A stretch of 64,000 bases of DNA from Macrostomum hystrix (lineage: Eukaryota > Animalia > Platyhelminthes): assembly GCA_950097015.1 (NCBI GenBank), contig CATNEN010000029.1, positions 3,348,001 to 3,412,000 on the forward strand, in the 5' to 3' direction. This document shows positions 58,668 to 64,000 of this stretch, piece after piece. Below the pieces are notes generated by a model, which was not told the origin of the DNA, did no database searches, and saw only the letters and a program-made list of their open reading frames with translations. How positions within the stretch are numbered: the stretch's first letter is position 1; each line of letters opens with the position of its first letter. A program made the position numbers and the translations under genes.

Positions 58668-61600
58668 AATCTGAGTTTGAATCATGGCTAAACCAGAGTT
58701 TGAATCATGGCTAAACCAGCGTCTGAATCATGGCTAAACCAGAGTTTCAATCATGGCTAAACCAGAGTCTGAATCATGGCTAAACCAGAGTTTAAATCAT
58801 GGCTAAACCAGAGTCTGAATCATGGCTTAACCAGAGTTTGAATCATGGCTAAACCAGAGTCTGAATCATGGCTAAACCAGCGTCTGAATCATGGCTAAAC
58901 CAGAGTTTGAACCATGGCTAAACCAGAGTCTGAATCATGGCTAAACCAGAGTTTAAATCATGGCTAAACCAGAGTCTGAATCATGGCTAAACCAGAGTTT
59001 CAATCATGGCTAAACCAGCGTCTGAATCATGGCTAAACCAGCGTCTGAATCATGGCTAAACCAGAGTTTGAATCATGGCTAAACCAGAGTCTGAATCATG
59101 GCTAAACCAGCGTCTGAATCATGGCTAAACCAGAGTCTGAATCATGGCTAAACCAGAGTCTGAATCATGGCTAAACCAGAGTTTGAATCATGGCTAAACC
59201 AGAGTTTGAAACATGGCTAAACCAGAGTTTGAAACATGGCTAAACCAGAGCTTGAATCATGGCAAAACCAGAGTCTGAATCATGGCAAAACGAGAGTTTG
59301 AATCATAGCCCACCAGGGTTTAAAACATGGCTAAACCAGAGTTTCAATCTTGGCTAAACCAGAGTTTGAATCATAGCCAACCAGAGTCTGAATCATGGCA
59401 AAACGAGAGTTTGAATCATAGCCCACCAGGGTTTAAAACATGGCGAAACCTGAGTTTGAATCATGGCTAAACCAGAGTCTGAATCATGGCTAAACCAGAG
59501 TTTAAATCATGGCTAAACCAGAGTCTGAATCATGGCTAAACCAGAGTTTCAATCATGGCTAAACCAGCGTCTGAATCATGGCTAAACCAGCGTCTGAATC
59601 ATGGCTAAACCAGAGTCTGAATCATGGCTAAACCAGAGTTTGAATCATGGCTAAACCAGAGTTTGAAACATGGCTAAACCAGAGCTTGAATCATGGCAAA
59701 ACCAGAGTCTGAATCATGGCTAAACCAGAGTTTAAATTATGGCTAAACCAGAGTTTGAATCATAGCCAACCAGAGTCTGAATCATGGCAAAACGAGAGTT
59801 TGAATCATAGCCCACCAGGGTTTAAAACATGGCTAAACCAGAGTTTGAATCTTGGCTAAACCAGAGTTTGAATCATAGCCAACCAGAGTCTGAATCATGG
59901 CAAAACGAGAGTTTGAATCATAGCCCACCAGGGTTTAAAACATGGCGAAACCAGAGTTTGAATCTTGGCTAAACCAGAGTTTGAATCATAGCCAACCAGA
60001 GTCTGAATCATGGCAAAACGAGAGTTTGAATCATAGCCCACCAGGGTTTAAAACATGGCGAAACCAGAGTCTGAATCATGGCTTAACCAGAGTTTGAATC
60101 ATGGCTAAACCAGAGTCTGAATCATGGCTAAACCAGCGTCTGAATCATGGCTAAACCAGAGTCTGAACCATGGCTAAACCAGAGTCTGAATCATGGCTAA
60201 ACCAGAGTTTCAATCATGGCTAAACCAGAGTCTGAATCATGGCTAAACCAGCGTCTGAATCATGGCTAAACCAGAGTTTGAACCATGGCTAAACCAGAGT
60301 CTGAATCATGGCTAAACCAGAGTTTCAATCATGGCTAAACCAGAGTTTCAATCATGGCTAAACCAGCGTCTGAATCATGGCTAAACCAGCGTCTGAATCA
60401 TGGCTAAACCAGAGTTTGAATCATGGCTAAACCAGAGTCTGAATCATGGCTAAACCAGCGTCTGAATCATGGCTAAACCAGAGTCTGAATCATGGCTAAA
60501 CCAGAGTCTGAATCATGGCTAAACCAGAGTTTGAATCATGGCTAAACCAGAGTTTGAAACATGGCTAAACCAGAGCTTGAATCATGGCAAAACCAGAGTC
60601 TGAATCATGGCTAAACCAGAGTCTGAATCATGGCAAAACGAGAGTTTGAATCATAGCCCACCAGGGTTTAAAACATGGCTAAACCAGAGTTTGAATCTTG
60701 GCTAAACCAGAGTTTGAATCATAGCCAACCAGAGTCTGAATCATGGCAAAACGAGAGTTTGAATCATAGCCCACCAGGGTTTAAAACATGGCGAAACCAG
60801 AGTTTGAATCTTGGCTAAACCAGAGTTTGAATCATAGCCAACCAGAGTCTGAATCATGGCAAAACGAGAGTTTGAATCATAGCCCACCAGGGTTTAAAAC
60901 ATGGCGAAACCAGAGTCTGAATCATGGCTTAACCAGAGTTTGAATCATGGCTAAACCAGAGTCTGAATCATGGCTAAACCAGCGTCTGAATCATGGCTAA
61001 ACCAGAGTTTGAACCATGGCTAAACCAGAGTCTGAATCATGGCTAAACCAGAGTTTCAATCATGGCTAAACCAGAGTCTGAATCATGGCTAAACCAGCGT
61101 CTGAATCATGGCTAAACCAGAGTTTGAACCATGGCTAAACCAGAGTCTGAATCATGGCTAAACCAGAGTTTCAATCATGGCTAAACCAGAGTTTCAATCA
61201 TGGCTAAACCAGCGTCTGAATCATGGCTAAACCAGCGTCTGAATCATGGCTAAACCAGAGTTTGAATCATGGCTAAACCAGAGTCTGAATCATGGCTAAA
61301 CCAGCGTCTGAATCATGGCTAAACCAGAGTTTGAATCATGGCTAAACCAGAGTTTGAAACATGGCTAAACCAGAGCTTGAATCATGGCAAAACCAGAGTC
61401 TGAATCATGGCTAAACCAGAGTTTGAAACATGGCTAAACCAGAGCTTGAATCATGGCAAAACCAGAGTCTGAATCATGGCTAAACCAGAGTTTAAATCAT
61501 GGCTAAACCAGAGTTTGAATCATAGCCAACCAGAGTCTGAATCATGGCAAAACGAGAGTTTGAATCATAGCCCACCAGGGTTTAAAACATGGCTAAACCA

Positions 61601-63436
61601 GAGTTTGAATCTTGGCTAAACCAGAGTTTGAATCATAGCCAACCAGAGTCTGAATCATGGCAAAACGAGAGTTTGAATCATAGCCCACCAGGGTTTAAAA
61701 CATGGCGAAACCAGAGTCTGAATCATGGCTTAACCAGAGTTTGAATCATGGCTAAACCAGAGTCTGAATCATGGCTAAACCAGCGTCTGAATCATGGCTA
61801 AACCAGAGTTTGAACCATGGCTAAACCAGAGTCTGAATCATGGCTAAACCAGAGTTTAAATCATGGCTAAACCAGAGTCTGAATCATGGCTAAACCAGAG
61901 TTTCAATCATGGCTAAACCAGCGTCTGAATCATGGCTAAACCAGCGTCTGAATCATGGCTAAACCAGAGTTTGAATCATGGCTAAACCAGAGTCTGAATC
62001 ATGGCTAAACCAGCGTCTGAATCATGGCTAAACCAGAGTCTGAATCATGGCTAAACCAGAGTCTGAATCATGGCTAAACCAGAGTTTGAATCATGGCTAA
62101 ACCAGAGTTTGAAACATGGCTAAACCAGAGCTTGAATCATGGCAAAACCAGAGTCTGAATCATGGCTAAACCAGAGTCTGAATCATGGCAAAACGAGAGT
62201 TTGAATCATAGCCCACCAGGGTTTAAAACATGGCTAAACCAGAGTTTGAATCTTGGCTAAACCAGAGTTTGAATCATAGCCAACCAGAGTCTGAATCATG
62301 GCAAAACGAGAGTTTGAATCATAGCCCACCAGGGTTTAAAACATGGCGAAACCTGAGTTTGAATCATGGCTAAACCAGAGTCTGAATCATGGCTAAACCA
62401 GAGTTTAAATCATGGCTAAACCAGAGTCTGAATCATGGCTTAACCAGAGTTTGAATCATGGCTAAACCAGAGTTTGAAACATGGCTAAACCAGAGCTTGA
62501 ATCATGGCAAAACCAGAGTCTGAATCATGGCTAAACCAGAGTTTAAATCATGGCTAAACCAGAGTTTGAATCATAGCCAACCAGAGTCTGAATCATGGCA
62601 AAACGAGAGTTTGAATCATAGCCCACCAGGGTTTAAAACATGGCTAAACCAGAGTTTGAATCTTGGCTAAACCAGAGTTTGAATCATAGCCAACCAGAGT
62701 CTGAATCATGGCAAAACGAGAGTTTGAATCATAGCCCACCAGGGTTTAAAACATGGCGAAACCAGAGTCTGAATCATGGCTTAACCAGAGTTTGAATCAT
62801 GGCTAAACCAGAGTCTGAATCATGGCTAAACCAGCGTCTGAATCATGGCTAAACCAGAGTTTGAACCATGGCTAAACCAGAGTCTGAATCATGGCTAAAC
62901 CAGAGTTTAAATCATGGCTAAACCAGAGTCTGAATCATGGCTAAACCAGAGTTTCAATCATGGCTAAACCAGCGTCTGAATCATGGCTAAACCAGCGTCT
63001 GAATCATGGCTAAACCAGAGTTTGAATCATGGCTAAACCAGAGTCTGAATCATGGCTAAACCAGCGTCTGAATCATGGCTAAACCAGAGTCTGAATCATG
63101 GCTAAACCAGAGTCTGAATCATGGCTAAACCAGAGTTTGAATCATGGCTAAACCAGAGTTTGAAACATGGCTAAACCAGAGCTTGAATCATGGCAAAACC
63201 AGAGTCTGAATCATGGCTAAACCAGAGTCTGAATCATGGCAAAACGAGAGTTTGAATCATAGCCCACCAGGGTTTAAAACATGGCTAAACCAGAGTTTGA
63301 ATCTTGGCTAAACCAGAGTTTGAATCATAGCCAACCAGAGTCTGAATCATGGCAAAACGAGAGTTTGAATCATAGCCCACCAGGGTTTAAAACATGGCGA
63401 AACCTGAGTTTGAATCTTGGCTAACCCAGTGTTTGA
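58668..63436. repeat. 23-bp satellite, about 207 copies, with higher-order structure, inside unit 3
   Basis: Same monomer as 54625-56700. The diagnostic variant cgagag recurs at 113-bp intervals in clusters. Confidence 0.97.
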
Positions 63437-63445
63437 AAAATCAAC

Positions 63446-64000
63446 GTCAACTGGGGAGTCATCATCAAAATGGGGATCATGGTGAACTGGGGGATAATCG
63501 TCAACTGGGGGATCATGGTAAACTGGGGGATAATTGTCAACTGGGGGATCATTGTCAACTGGGGGATCATTGTCAACTGGGGGATCATTGTCAACTGGGG
63601 GATCATTGTCAACTGGGGGATCATCGTCAACTGGGGGATCATTGTCAACTGGGGTATCATTTTCAACTGGGGGATCATTGTCAACTAGGGGATCATTGTC
63701 CACTGGGGAATGATTGTCAACTGGGTAATCATGTCAACTGGGGGATCATTGTCAACTGGGGGATCATTGTCAACTGTAGGATCATTGTCAACTAGGGGAT
63801 CATGGCCAACTGGGGATCATTGTGAACTGGGTGATCATTGTCAACTGGGGGATCATCTTCAACTGGGGGATCATTGTCAACTGGGAGATCATTGTAAACT
63901 GGGGGATCATCATCAACTGGGGGATCATTGTCAACTGGGGGATCATTGTCAACTGTAGGATCATTGTCAACTAGGGGATCATGGCCAACTGGGGATCATT
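63446..64000. repeat. 18-bp satellite inside unit 3 (truncated by the window end)
   Basis: Unit caactgggggatcattgt. Confidence 0.97.

Larger units (their letters stand above)
58062..64000 (+). mobile_element. Helitron-like array unit 3 (runs off the window), paralogous to unit 2
   Basis: Begins tccactatactaaaaatg right after CTAG. 58062-58668 is nearly identical to 54016-54625, and the 23-mer/18-mer junction sequence is the same. Confidence 0.85.

Noticed and set aside
54625-63436. CRISPR-like regular repeats
   Set aside because: The units are contiguous with no unique spacers, there are no cas genes, and the context is eukaryotic.

Overview
Eukaryotic (animal) genomic DNA: GC-rich exons, short GT-AG introns, AT-rich spacers and many unrelated minisatellites. 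The style suggests a free-living flatworm such as Macrostomum, but this is inference only. The first 28 kb is gene-dense: TELO2 (3' part), an NTPDase5/6-type apyrase, RPL5, a two-LIM CRP/MLP protein, an MFF-like tail-anchored protein, a small two-TM protein, DOHH and a few orphan ORFs, with several tRNA-derived SINEs. From 29 to 53 kb there are mostly decayed LINE relics, two satellites, a foldback element and three orphan ORFs. From 53.7 kb to the window end is a head-to-tail array of non-autonomous Helitron-like units (TC...hairpin-CTAG). Two of these units each carry two internal satellites (23 bp and 18 bp), and the last unit has built a 23/113/846-1051 bp higher-order repeat. A second point of interest is that RPL5 has no evident ATG exon, and most start codons sit just behind a splice acceptor, which is compatible with spliced-leader trans-splicing. 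Splice models were read by eye and repeat boundaries are approximate.
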